From NCBI RefSeq assembly GCF_000011805.1, contig NC_006841.2: a stretch of DNA of 32,000 nt; one strand, 5' to 3'. The position numbers and the translations under genes were made by a program. Below the pieces are notes generated by a model that searched no databases, was not told the origin of the DNA, and was given only the letters and a program-made list of their open reading frames with translations. Position 1 is the first letter of the stretch. Every line of letters starts with the position of its first letter. Positions 16,715-26,424 of the stretch are shown here, piece after piece. The DNA comes from Aliivibrio fischeri ES114. Lineage in GTDB: Bacteria > Pseudomonadota > Gammaproteobacteria > Enterobacterales > Vibrionaceae.

Positions 16715-18190
16715 TTATGCTTTTTGCTCTTTCAACTCGACTTCTTCAGCTTGTTTGCTGCTTTCAAGCATCTTACGAATGATGAATGAAGCAATGAAAG
16801 CGATGGCAACCATTACTACTGCAAGTACAGTGAGTAGTTGGAAATAACTACCATATACTGTTTGTACAAACTCTTGAGTAATGACATGACCTTTTTCTTG
16901 CGCAATAGATGTTGAGAATACTGCACCAATAATGCCACTTAATGCCATCGCTACAGAGAATAAACTTACAGAGAAGCCTTCTATATGTTTTGGTGCAACA
17001 GACAGAATGAAGGCTACCACTAAGCTACCTACAATTACTTCAGCAAATGCTTGGAAGAAGTGAATAAGTAAGAATACTTCAGGACGAATGATTGCATCTT
17101 CACCCACACCCATTACCGCCATGGTTAAAATACCAAAAGCGATCGCAGTTAAGATGAATGCAAAGCCGATTTTTGTTGCTGTTGAAAAATGAATATCGCG
17201 TTTTTCAAGTGCTGAGAAAATCATAGCAATAACTGGACCTGCAACGATACACCACAGCGGATTCATTGCCATTGATGCTTCAGGTGCGATAGGAATAAGG
17301 TCGAATAGGTCACCACGCATAGTATTGATCGTTACCATGGTCATTGATGTCATCATTTGACCGTAGTAGACAAAGAATGCAGTCGTTAGTGCTGTCATGA
17401 TTAGGATCGTGCCCATTTTAAGCGCATCCGATTTCTTTGACTTAAGCATTAAAATCACGAAGTAACCGATAGCTGCAAGGCCAATGCCGTAAACAATGTT
17501 TTGACCAATATCCATGTTTGAGAACATGAAGAAAACTAAGGCAATCATTGCTACTGATGTGATTAGAAATGAAATCCAGTTTTGCATACTTACAGGTTTT
17601 TGATCAATATGAGCACCAACGGTTAATAGTGGTTTACGGAAGATCACCAGAGTCGCAAAAGCTAATAAAGCAAGAACACATGATAATAAGAAACTTCCGT
17701 GGAACCCTAAAACAAGAACAAACATCGGGAATAGATATTGGCCTAGTAGGGCACCAACGTTATTGACTGAATAGTTCACTGGGTAGCAGTTTTCAAAATG
17801 CTCTTGAGTATCAAAAGTACGTTTGTATAGGCTTGGGTAAGAAGGAGACATTAAGCCTCGGCCGTAGCTCGCTAATGCAATACCACACAACGCCATTGGA
17901 ACATTTGTAGTATATGAACCAAGCACCAGCAGTGCATAACCAGTAGCAAAACCAAAGTAACTAATGGTTAGTGAGCGGTAAGCGCCTAAAAACTTATCAG
18001 CAATGAATCCACCAGCAATGGCAAATAATGGACCAATTGATGAAAATGCACCAACAACCATCATGGTGTCAGCTTCGCTGTAGTTTAGTTCTTCAAGGAA
18101 AAAGCGAGTTAAAATAACCATTACGCCATAAAATGATAAGCCAAACATCATTTGGCAAAACATCATGGACTTATTTAGTTTGTTCCACAT
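16715..18190 (-). CDS. POT/PTR2-type (MFS) oligopeptide transporter-like protein
   Basis: 491 aa polytopic protein. FAIAGGFIADKFLGAYRSLTISYFGFATGYALLVLGSY is POT-like; GRGLMSPSYPSLYKRTFD and NYSVNNVGALLGQYLFP also support it. Confidence 0.72.
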   Translation of the reverse strand: MWNKLNKSMMFCQMMFGLSFYGVMVILTRFFLEELNYSEADTMMVVGAFSSIGPLFAIAGGFIADKFLGAYRSLTISYFGFATGYALLVLGSYTTNVPMALCGIALASYGRGLMSPSYPSLYKRTFDTQEHFENCYPVNYSVNNVGALLGQYLFPMFVLVLGFHGSFLLSCVLALLAFATLVIFRKPLLTVGAHIDQKPVSMQNWISFLITSVAMIALVFFMFSNMDIGQNIVYGIGLAAIGYFVILMLKSKKSDALKMGTILIMTALTTAFFVYYGQMMTSMTMVTINTMRGDLFDLIPIAPEASMAMNPLWCIVAGPVIAMIFSALEKRDIHFSTATKIGFAFILTAIAFGILTMAVMGVGEDAIIRPEVFLLIHFFQAFAEVIVGSLVVAFILSVAPKHIEGFSVSLFSVAMALSGIIGAVFSTSIAQEKGHVITQEFVQTVYGSYFQLLTVLAVVMVAIAFIASFIIRKMLESSKQAEEVELKEQKA

Positions 18191-18454
18191 AAGGAGTCTC
18201 TTTTAGATAATTACTTTTCGTATTTTATCATCAAAAGAATGTAACAAAGTACGATATTCTCAAAAAAGCATCGTTTAAATATTGTAAGTAATGGTATTTT
18301 GTGGTTGTTTGTTTCGTTATTTTGTATTATTTGTTTATAATATGTTTTTATTGTTTCTTAAGTAATCAATAATGAGGCAGGGAATAGATGAATCATTCAA
18401 AGTGATTTCTTTTTGAACGATGTCATCTATTTTTTAAATAAGAGAACGAAATCG

Positions 18455-19375
18455 TTATCGTTGAGCTAGTAGGTATTCTAAAGCACCGACAATTGCCGCA
18501 ACTTGCGCGTCATTGCACTCCTGATCGGTTACTTTTTCGCTATCTGGGTAGACTTCCGTTGTTGATACGTAATCAGCATCAGTTAAGCCTGCACATAGTC
18601 CTAACTTTTTAGTCGGATAATTAATTACGCCTTCCTGAACCACATCAGAACCAATAATTTGGTTATTTTCATCTGGTGGCGCAATGTGAGTCACGGTACG
18701 AACAGAGTCAATAATGGCTTTTTGGAACTCTGGAGCAGGTTTTTCTGTATCTCCAACCGTATAAAAACCATCTGGAATATAGCCTTCAATGTAAGCGATA
18801 CCATCACGAGCAGCTAATGCTGGGCGAAACTCTGTTTCATCACTATCGGTTGTTTCGTGCAAATCGATATGAGCAAATACTGGTGCATCTAATGAAGCAA
18901 CTAATGCCATTAACCCTGCTGACTCTTCTGCTGGGCTATTTGGATAAAATGAGCGGTTAGGATCCGTAGCTGTTGGGTTCCAACGATTGATCACTTCATA
19001 ACCCCATGGGCTTACACAAGGTGCAACAACAATATTGAACCATTGACTGTAGTGCTCAGCTTTTGTATCGACAAATTGCAGCGCACCATGAACCCCAGAG
19101 GTTTCGTAACCATGTACGCCACCACTGATCAGTAATGTTGGTTTTGTATCATCCCATTGTTTTGTTTTGATACACAAAAGCGGAAAGCGTTCAGTATCAT
19201 AAGATAAAGCACCATATTGTGATATGTCGAAACGCTCAGATAGAGCCGTGATTTTTGTTACGACTTCTTCTTGATATGAGCGTTTTACTGTCATCGTTGA
19301 AAGCCATGCTGCTTTTTCTTGTTCTCCCCAAGGTTGGCCTTTAATGCCAATTGGGTAACTGTATTCGTCTTTCAT
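18455..19375 (-). CDS. M14-family-like zinc metallopeptidase / deacylase
   Basis: LLISGGVHGYETSGVHGALQF (HxxE zinc motif) and VFAHIDLHETTDSDE (second zinc His and catalytic region). ATG at 19375 with AAGGA SD is preferred to the TTG at 19381. Confidence 0.8.
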   Translation of the reverse strand: MKDEYSYPIGIKGQPWGEQEKAAWLSTMTVKRSYQEEVVTKITALSERFDISQYGALSYDTERFPLLCIKTKQWDDTKPTLLISGGVHGYETSGVHGALQFVDTKAEHYSQWFNIVVAPCVSPWGYEVINRWNPTATDPNRSFYPNSPAEESAGLMALVASLDAPVFAHIDLHETTDSDETEFRPALAARDGIAYIEGYIPDGFYTVGDTEKPAPEFQKAIIDSVRTVTHIAPPDENNQIIGSDVVQEGVINYPTKKLGLCAGLTDADYVSTTEVYPDSEKVTDQECNDAQVAAIVGALEYLLAQR

Positions 19376-19397
19376 TATCAATCCTTACTTTTGATGA

Positions 19398-22300
19398 TCA
19401 GTTTGTTTGTTCTCGGTTCCATATAATACGATCACTTCCTCTATAAATGCCAAAATGAATGATCGCTTTTATTGAATCTTCAAAAGATTGGTTATTATCG
19501 GCATCTTGTTGCAACCACGGTAAGTTTAATAAAGAAAGTGTTGGTACAACTTGTCCTTGGTTGCCATTACCTGGTGCTGTGAATGTCATACTTGTTAAGC
19601 CATTTTCAACATGAGTTTCATCTAAACTTGCTTTTGTTGTCCCTTTTCCTACTGGTAGCGCATTAGGATCGTTACCCACATCAAAACTGAATTCAGGCAG
19701 AGATAAAACGGTACAGCTGTCATTGATTTTGACGAATCGATTTCCGGTATAAGATTCTGTTTGTATTTTAGATTCAAGATCATTCAATTCAGAGCCATAT
19801 GCATCTTCCATAGTGATACGCCCCCACTCTTGTCGTTGAGTATCTGTGGCTGGAAATGCGTAACCCAGACAAGCACCAGAAGCATTGGTTTTATGACAAA
19901 TTTGGTCTTGGTCTCTTAAGTCATCCGCCGCTAATTGCAGCGTTATTGTATCTTCAACGGGTGCTTTAGGGTTGAAAGGTTTGATGTAACGTAAATTCGC
20001 CCCTTGCAGCTGCATTTTAGCTTGTGCTGGTAATTTAATTACGTTCCCCGGTGTCGCAAAACCAGAGCGCTGCCCTAAAACTGAAAGGGTTTCACTATCA
20101 ATGATGGACATATTTGATGGTGAAGCCGTATAGGTTCTTAAATTCCAACCGTTGTTATAACGCCACCATGAACCAATTGTGTAGTTTTGCAGTAAGGTTC
20201 CCGTTTCAGATAACGGATAAAGACTTAGTGTTGGCGATTCTGTAAAGCTGAACGTTTGTCCCATGTAAGTAAATTCATTACAACCCTCTTGAATGCTTGG
20301 TTTATCTCCCAATACATTAAAGTAAGCAGGAGTAAATCGACCAATAGAGCCTGTATTTGCCGCTTTAATTTGATAAGCCGAGCTACCTAAATAACCTTTT
20401 GGTGGGGTAACCGATATGTCAAATACACCCACTTCACTAATACTTTGAGGAACACGGTTGGTACTCCCTTGTGCTATTTGGTGATCGTAGTGGTTGGTCG
20501 ATAAGTTACCTGTATTCCCTCCTAACTGCTGAGAAGGAGCAACTAACGTATGATCTAAAATTAAATTATCTTGAGCGTAGTTTGGTGTCACAGGGTTATC
20601 AGCAAGGTAGGTGTCGTTATCTCCCATCCATGCGTGTGCTCTTACATTTAAATTAAAGGTTTCACCGGCGTGAGCAAAAATAGAGCAGCTTACGTCTTCA
20701 GATGAACAATTGCTGTTAGCACTTGAGTTATTTTTGTCAGTAACATAAGCACTTAAACCAACAGGAATACTGACAAATAAGTCACTTCCTTCAATATTTT
20801 GATAGTAACTTTTTTGATATTTAGCATTAAGTTGCAGTTGGCCGGCATCTGCGTAATTTAAGGTTATTTTTGCTTCGTTATTGGTAAAGTTTAATGCAAA
20901 TGTGGTTGCTGCACTTTCTTGTTTCCCAATGTCTTTCCATGAATTATTTACTAATCCATACAATGTCGGTGAACCAATTAAATTACTTTGCTTTGGTGTA
21001 ATGTAATCAGACCATAACTGAATATTTTTGGTACCAGTAAATGAGTTACCACAACCTTTGATAGTAGCTTCAACAGGTTTATTGGCTAACTTATCAGGAA
21101 CAATAACTGTCAAACCTTCTGATTCGAAGTTAAGGGTACAGTTTTTATCACTTAATGATTGGCCATTAATGCTACATAGTGTGTGACTAAATGGTTTTGT
21201 TGATGGTGATGAACTCACAACATCCAATTTAACGTTACCTTGTGTAGGTTTACCTATTGATAAATTAGCAATCCCGTTTCTAACCGTAATATTATTGCCG
21301 TTTAGCCAATAGCCATCGCCACCTAAATTACTGGTATCTAAGGTAACATCAACATCTTCAGTAAATAGAGTTGAACAAGATTCGTCGGCACAAGCACGTA
21401 ATGTGACATTAGATACATCACAAGTAGACCCTTGTCCTGAATGATCAAATTCAAAGTGATCAATTTGCTCACCAATTGGTTTTGAGTAAAGTGCACACAC
21501 TTTGAAATTATCAATCTCATGGGTGTTATAAAGCTGACCCGTTGAACCAGTTAATGACATGATGAAATTTTCAGGTGGTTCATCTTGATTATATTGTGGT
21601 CTTAATACATCAATTGGCCCAATTACTTTACTAAAGCTAGGTGCGTGCCCAGCATTAACCACACTACGTTCAACCGTTACATTTGCGTTATTTCGGTTGG
21701 TTGAATCAATAGTAATACGGTAACGATGTGTTCTATTGTAGCCATTATTATTGTCAATATCTGGAGATACACGAGTTCCTGCAATGTAGTTATAGCCTGA
21801 ATATCGTGCACCAGAACCACGTAATACAACAGATTGAGCCGTATTATAAGAGTTGTAGTTTTTAGACCCGCCTTCTTTTGAATAGTTACCGTATTCATCT
21901 AGACCGATACCAAGCCAACCACCTGTAAAACCGGGTTTAACGGCCTCTGAGTTATTCTTAAAGCCATAGCCTAATGGACCACCAAAAGCACCAGCTTGTG
22001 GGGTTACTTCTGCATCTGAAAATACAATAGCTAAACCATCAGCGCCGTTGCCGCCATAGGCCATGTAATCAAATTCAACTTCGATTTTATTACCAAGTGC
22101 AGGGTACAAATATTGATAAGAAGAGGCAGTTGATTGTGCTCTTCGGGCCTGTGTTAATTGCAGACGTCCATTTATGACTGTTGGCGTAAAAGAACCGCTG
22201 CTTCGGCTTGTTACCCAACTGGTGGTTAGACTGTCAAAATTGTCTTCATAACAGGTCATTTCGACGTTATCAGGACACGGGTGGCGTTGTTGATAAAGTT

Positions 22301-23795
22301 GATTAACTTGTTCATCAGTCAGTGCTTGATCAAAAACGTTTACTTCGTCAATTAAACCATCAAAAGTACGTGTTAAATCGTAATCATTACCCACTTGCAA
22401 TGGTTGTGTATTTTCTTTTAAGTGTTTGAGAGGATAGACCGGCTCTATAATTGAACGAACTTCCACACCATTAACGAAAATAGACGCTTTATGCGTGTTA
22501 TGTGCGTCATAGCGGATCACGATATGTGACCAACGGTTAAGAGGAATGCTCTCTCTTGTGGTTAAATTTATTGGATAGTAAGTATCTTTTAGCTCCCAAT
22601 ACCAATTTATTTGACCTTGAGAGTTTAGGTGAAATTCATAGTTTCCATTTTTCGATACAATGGTATTTAAACGATTATAAGAAGGGTAAGAGCTAGGGTT
22701 GATCCATGCACTTACTGTAATCGTATCTTCGTTAGATAACTTACTATTATGTGGTACTTCAATGTATTGCGTTTGGCTTTTCTTGAAGTCACCATAGCCA
22801 CATGTACCCATGTTTGCCATATCAACAGGCAATGCCGGGTTGTCTTTCTTTGGTTGAATTTGGTTTTTGGCTGTGCCGTTAAAATCGTTACCAGAACTGT
22901 CCTTAACTTCACCAATTGCACCACTCCATGAGTTCTCATCTAAGCGTAGAGATAACGCTGCTGGTGGAAGGGTTGGCGGTGGGGTTAGTGTTCTATTGAT
23001 ATAGGCATCACCTTCCATAAATAGACTTCGACTAGAGGCTCGGCCATCAATATGGGATTGGTTGTTTAAGGTTAGTTTATCATTGGCGTAAACATAGCCT
23101 TCGATATAGCTATTATTGTGTAAATAAATATCATCATAACCAACAACAAAAAGTGAGCCATTTCCTGTTTTAGTGATTTTCGCATCGTTATTTAATTCAA
23201 TGTCATTTTTTACAAATAAGCGAGCACTCCCAGTCACATTAATATGTGCTGTTCCGAACATATTTAAATTCTCGACCCAGTAATCGCCTGAACTTAAAGT
23301 GACTTGAGTGCTTTCTAATGTTAGCGTTTTGATTAGCTGCTCTTGGCTATTATGGCCTAGGTAACCATCACAGGTGCCACGTAAGGTGATATTCGAATAC
23401 TTTTTCTTATCAAAGTAAGATGTGCCCGAATCACAAGTTTCTGATCGAGAAGAGTTGTTGTGAATAAATGAACCTAAATTAAGGGCTGGTGTATTTCTTC
23501 CTGTGATTGAACATTGGTGATAGCCACCATTGCCATCATCACAGCTGTCATCTGGTAATTCGTAGTGGCTTATACTTGAACAAAAATCCAAACTACGACC
23601 TTGTGTACCTTCGATTTTAGCATCGTTATACATGGTCAATTGTTTTGGACTAGAGCATTTCATTGAATGCCCTTGAGCTATCCCCGGAAAGTAAGTATTT
23701 GGATTAATCGTTGGAAAAGCGAATGCGCTCAATGGCATTAAACATAAGCTAAACGCTGAAATAATCAGTGAACGAGAGAAAGGTTTAGTCATCAC
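19398..23795 (-). CDS. mshQ: MshQ-like large exported protein with two lectin/LamG-like regions and a DUF6701-like C-terminus
   Basis: 1465 aa. Signal peptide; LamG-type region (TVSAWINPSSYPSYNRLNTIVSKNGNYEF...DGLIDEVNVFDQALTDEQVNQLYQ); L-type-lectin-like region (EVEFDYMAYGGNGADGLAIVFSD); last gene of a pilin-like cluster. Confidence 0.8.
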   Translation of the reverse strand: MMTKPFSRSLIISAFSLCLMPLSAFAFPTINPNTYFPGIAQGHSMKCSSPKQLTMYNDAKIEGTQGRSLDFCSSISHYELPDDSCDDGNGGYHQCSITGRNTPALNLGSFIHNNSSRSETCDSGTSYFDKKKYSNITLRGTCDGYLGHNSQEQLIKTLTLESTQVTLSSGDYWVENLNMFGTAHINVTGSARLFVKNDIELNNDAKITKTGNGSLFVVGYDDIYLHNNSYIEGYVYANDKLTLNNQSHIDGRASSRSLFMEGDAYINRTLTPPPTLPPAALSLRLDENSWSGAIGEVKDSSGNDFNGTAKNQIQPKKDNPALPVDMANMGTCGYGDFKKSQTQYIEVPHNSKLSNEDTITVSAWINPSSYPSYNRLNTIVSKNGNYEFHLNSQGQINWYWELKDTYYPINLTTRESIPLNRWSHIVIRYDAHNTHKASIFVNGVEVRSIIEPVYPLKHLKENTQPLQVGNDYDLTRTFDGLIDEVNVFDQALTDEQVNQLYQQRHPCPDNVEMTCYEDNFDSLTTSWVTSRSSGSFTPTVINGRLQLTQARRAQSTASSYQYLYPALGNKIEVEFDYMAYGGNGADGLAIVFSDAEVTPQAGAFGGPLGYGFKNNSEAVKPGFTGGWLGIGLDEYGNYSKEGGSKNYNSYNTAQSVVLRGSGARYSGYNYIAGTRVSPDIDNNNGYNRTHRYRITIDSTNRNNANVTVERSVVNAGHAPSFSKVIGPIDVLRPQYNQDEPPENFIMSLTGSTGQLYNTHEIDNFKVCALYSKPIGEQIDHFEFDHSGQGSTCDVSNVTLRACADESCSTLFTEDVDVTLDTSNLGGDGYWLNGNNITVRNGIANLSIGKPTQGNVKLDVVSSSPSTKPFSHTLCSINGQSLSDKNCTLNFESEGLTVIVPDKLANKPVEATIKGCGNSFTGTKNIQLWSDYITPKQSNLIGSPTLYGLVNNSWKDIGKQESAATTFALNFTNNEAKITLNYADAGQLQLNAKYQKSYYQNIEGSDLFVSIPVGLSAYVTDKNNSSANSNCSSEDVSCSIFAHAGETFNLNVRAHAWMGDNDTYLADNPVTPNYAQDNLILDHTLVAPSQQLGGNTGNLSTNHYDHQIAQGSTNRVPQSISEVGVFDISVTPPKGYLGSSAYQIKAANTGSIGRFTPAYFNVLGDKPSIQEGCNEFTYMGQTFSFTESPTLSLYPLSETGTLLQNYTIGSWWRYNNGWNLRTYTASPSNMSIIDSETLSVLGQRSGFATPGNVIKLPAQAKMQLQGANLRYIKPFNPKAPVEDTITLQLAADDLRDQDQICHKTNASGACLGYAFPATDTQRQEWGRITMEDAYGSELNDLESKIQTESYTGNRFVKINDSCTVLSLPEFSFDVGNDPNALPVGKGTTKASLDETHVENGLTSMTFTAPGNGNQGQVVPTLSLLNLPWLQQDADNNQSFEDSIKAIIHFGIYRGSDRIIWNREQTN

Positions 23796-24219
23796 TACGA
23801 ATACCTACTTCAATAATACGTTGCAAAGTGGTGGTTCCAAATTTACAGGTGGCGGTGCTTGTTAAACTGTACACCTGTCGGCCAGAGTCTAATGTTCCAA
23901 TAGGTTTGCATTTTACTTGTGCTTTACATTGCGATAATCCATCACCCGAGAAGGTATAAACACTTGGTGTATTACCAGCAACAAAGCAACTGCCTGTTTT
24001 TTCCATATAGAAACGACTGATCTCAATTTGAGAGCCAGATTGAGCTGCCATGTTTGTTCTGGTTCCCATAATAGAGGTCACTACATGTGTGCTCATTTTT
24101 TGTTGGTTCTTCGTTGCCATTAAAGCAATAAAACCGACGACGATAAGAACAAAAATCGTCAGAATCAGAGCGGAACCTCGTTGAGATTTATTAAGGCGTA
24201 TTGGCGATAAGGACGTCAT
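23785..24219 (-). CDS. mshP: MshP-like pilus biogenesis/minor pilin protein
   Basis: Start probably ATG 24219 (MTSLSPIRLNKSQRGSALILTIFVLIVVGFIALMATKNQ). Hydrophobic N-terminal helix. Overlaps the mshQ and mshO genes. Confidence 0.75.
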   Translation of the reverse strand: MTSLSPIRLNKSQRGSALILTIFVLIVVGFIALMATKNQQKMSTHVVTSIMGTRTNMAAQSGSQIEISRFYMEKTGSCFVAGNTPSVYTFSGDGLSQCKAQVKCKPIGTLDSGRQVYSLTSTATCKFGTTTLQRIIEVGIRSDD

Positions 24220-24985
24220 GATCCAACTGCACCTCTTCATTGTTATCAGTGAACACAAATTGCATTTTTACTAAGCCATTACGAACTAAAGACGCTTGCT
24301 CAACATTGAATGTGGCGAGTTTGATTTTTTCAGCCATTAACTGACGAGTGCCTGCGCTAAGTTCATGTGGCGATAATTCAGCTCGAGAAAGAGGGTAATC
24401 CGCATAGCGATATAATCGACTTCCTTCTAAGCAATAAGCGACTGGTGTTTTATAAGCATACAGTCGGTGAGCTGGAGAGTTTGCACTAAAGCTAGTTGAG
24501 CGAGTGAGTGCCACATCAATCATTTGTGCATTTTCACTTGGCTGAAAATCGATATCACGCTTTACTTCAGCCATGCGACTTACACCATTGGTTGGTAGCG
24601 TTGAACGTAAATTTTGAGCGTTAACTGGCATGATGACTATGCGATCACCAGCAGAGAATCCATGTTCAGGTAACACTCGAATTTCGGTTGATTTAGCCGG
24701 TGCTAAAGGTAAGGTTTCATAAACCGCCGTATTTGTGATTGGTAGCCACTCTATGCATTGTGTCGTTTGGTTGACTTCTACGCTGTTGGGTACCGCATCA
24801 CGAATTTCTTTGTGCATACGTTCTGTTACAAAGCGTCCTTGAAGGAGCAGCTCTTCTCTCGTTGTTGTGTCAGCATAAAGAGACATACTGTGCTGAATTA
24901 TGGCACCAAGAGACAAACCAACCACCGCAAGTAAAATGATAGAAATAATCATCTCAAGTAGAGTAAATCCAAGGGATCGTTTCAT
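24191..24985 (-). CDS. mshO: MshO-like type IV minor pilin
   Basis: 264 aa. Prepilin site SLG|FTLLEMIISIILLAVVGLSLG, with Glu+5. Confidence 0.82.
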   Translation of the reverse strand: MKRSLGFTLLEMIISIILLAVVGLSLGAIIQHSMSLYADTTTREELLLQGRFVTERMHKEIRDAVPNSVEVNQTTQCIEWLPITNTAVYETLPLAPAKSTEIRVLPEHGFSAGDRIVIMPVNAQNLRSTLPTNGVSRMAEVKRDIDFQPSENAQMIDVALTRSTSFSANSPAHRLYAYKTPVAYCLEGSRLYRYADYPLSRAELSPHELSAGTRQLMAEKIKLATFNVEQASLVRNGLVKMQFVFTDNNEEVQLDHDVLIANTP

Positions 24986-25539
24986 TAAAAGTTACCTCGA
25001 ATCACTGAAAATACGTAGTGTTGTCCTGATGGGTCGACCACATCAACAACAATACGTTTTCTGTTTCCACTAATAGCATCAGGTTTACCATCTAAATTAG
25101 CGTCGTAGAAAACCTCAATAGAAATAGAGAAGTTAGGGTAGATACCTGCTAAATCATTACCTAATACATCTTTTACAGAACCTGATAGACCATCAAAATC
25201 ATCAACATCGTTGTAGAGCGTTCGATTTGATTCTTCTACACCGGTAATAGGGTTCGTATCTTTTCCTAGCCCGCTAATGGTTGTACATTGTTCCCCTGTA
25301 GGGCTATTACATGCAGGTAATCCACCATTAGGACCACTGTTTTGGTCAAATTGACGACCTACAATTTCATCCATCACCGCAGCGCCCAACTCAGATGCTT
25401 TTGTTGAGTACATTAATTCAGCATTATGTTGTGAACGAGGAACGAGAGAAGTGGTTACGATAAGTAAAGCCGCACTCATTATAACTATCGATAAAACAAT
25501 AGAAATTAAGCTAAACCCTTGTTGATGTTTAACAAGCAT
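24985..25539 (-). CDS. mshD: MshD-like type IV minor pilin
   Basis: 184 aa. Prepilin-like site QQG|FSLISIVLSIVIMSAALLI; overlapping stop/start with mshO. Confidence 0.75.
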   Translation of the reverse strand: MLVKHQQGFSLISIVLSIVIMSAALLIVTTSLVPRSQHNAELMYSTKASELGAAVMDEIVGRQFDQNSGPNGGLPACNSPTGEQCTTISGLGKDTNPITGVEESNRTLYNDVDDFDGLSGSVKDVLGNDLAGIYPNFSISIEVFYDANLDGKPDAISGNRKRIVVDVVDPSGQHYVFSVIRGNF

Positions 25540-26053
25540 GGATATAGCCCTCTTTTTCGATACAAATTTTAGTTTGTGTTTTGGCGGTAATTAAAATTTC
25601 ACATGATGTGTTTTGGCACTGTTTTATACGTCCCATCGCATCAAAATCAAAGGCAAAAGGTGTGGTAAGTGTTTTGTATTGGTTTCCTATTTGCAATGCG
25701 AAATAGGCGTTATGTTTTTCTAAAATAGCCACGTAGGTGAGGTCTTGGTTTTCAAGATACTCATTATTGCGCTGGGTATTTGGGAATGAGGTTGCGCATT
25801 CTGTTTTTTTATCAAGGCTAACTTGTTGTGCACGATTTTCATTAATTAGCCATCGGTTACAGTAACCGTTTCGGTTCATAGCTCGAGTTTGGGTTAAACG
25901 TAATGAACGCAATAATTCCGTTTCTAATGTTTGTGCAGAAACGCTACTAATTCCTGAGAAATAGCTGCTGGCACTGAGCGAGATAATTGAAATTAAAACA
26001 ATTACTGCAATAAGTTCAATTAATGTAAATCCATCTATTTGATTACGAGTCAT
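25529..26053 (-). CDS. mshC: MshC-like/GspH-type minor pilin
   Basis: 174 aa. Prepilin site IDG|FTLIELIAVIVLISIISLSA, with Glu+5. First gene of the cluster. Confidence 0.78.
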   Translation of the reverse strand: MTRNQIDGFTLIELIAVIVLISIISLSASSYFSGISSVSAQTLETELLRSLRLTQTRAMNRNGYCNRWLINENRAQQVSLDKKTECATSFPNTQRNNEYLENQDLTYVAILEKHNAYFALQIGNQYKTLTTPFAFDFDAMGRIKQCQNTSCEILITAKTQTKICIEKEGYIHAC

Positions 26054-26363
26054 TTTTTCGTTACAAAATATTTAAACCGTATGAAGGTTGGGTAGTTTAC
26101 GGATAAAAGTTTTTAATAGAAGTAAAATAAGAAGCATTAAAGTGAACAATGCATTATCTATGTTGTTTTTTTATGTAAAAACTCACGAGTATTCACCAAG
26201 GTTATTGCGACGAGGTTCAAACTATAATTTTTACCGAAAATACTCGTATTTTTAAAACTGTCAATGGATAAGTGAACTGTGGAGTGAAAAGGGAGAGGTT
26301 GAACACTTTAATCGAAAATATAAGTGGTTATTTTAGTATTCGTATTTGATAAGAAGTAGATGT

Positions 26364-26397
26364 AAAAAAGGCAATAATGCATGAAACATTATTGCCT
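26364..26397 (-). terminator. Rho-independent terminator downstream of dmsC
   Basis: AGGCAATAATG-catgaaa-CATTATTGCCT: 11-bp perfect arms. Read on the minus strand it is followed by TTTTT. Confidence 0.88.
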
Positions 26398-26424
26398 AAA
26401 AGTAGCCGATATATGGTGTTTAAA

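Noticed and set aside
20471-22939. Several 60-75-aa ORFs (20471-20656, 21338-21520, 21677-21898, 22712-22939, 22749-22931) within the mshQ-like gene
   Set aside because: All lie inside the long mshQ-like frame in other frames or on the opposite strand. Low complexity and no family support.
26054-26424. Possible decayed mshA/mshB remnant upstream of the mshC-like gene
   Set aside because: I looked for a prepilin-like GFTLxE stretch and found none. The region has many stops and carries the dmsC terminator, so it reads as intergenic DNA.
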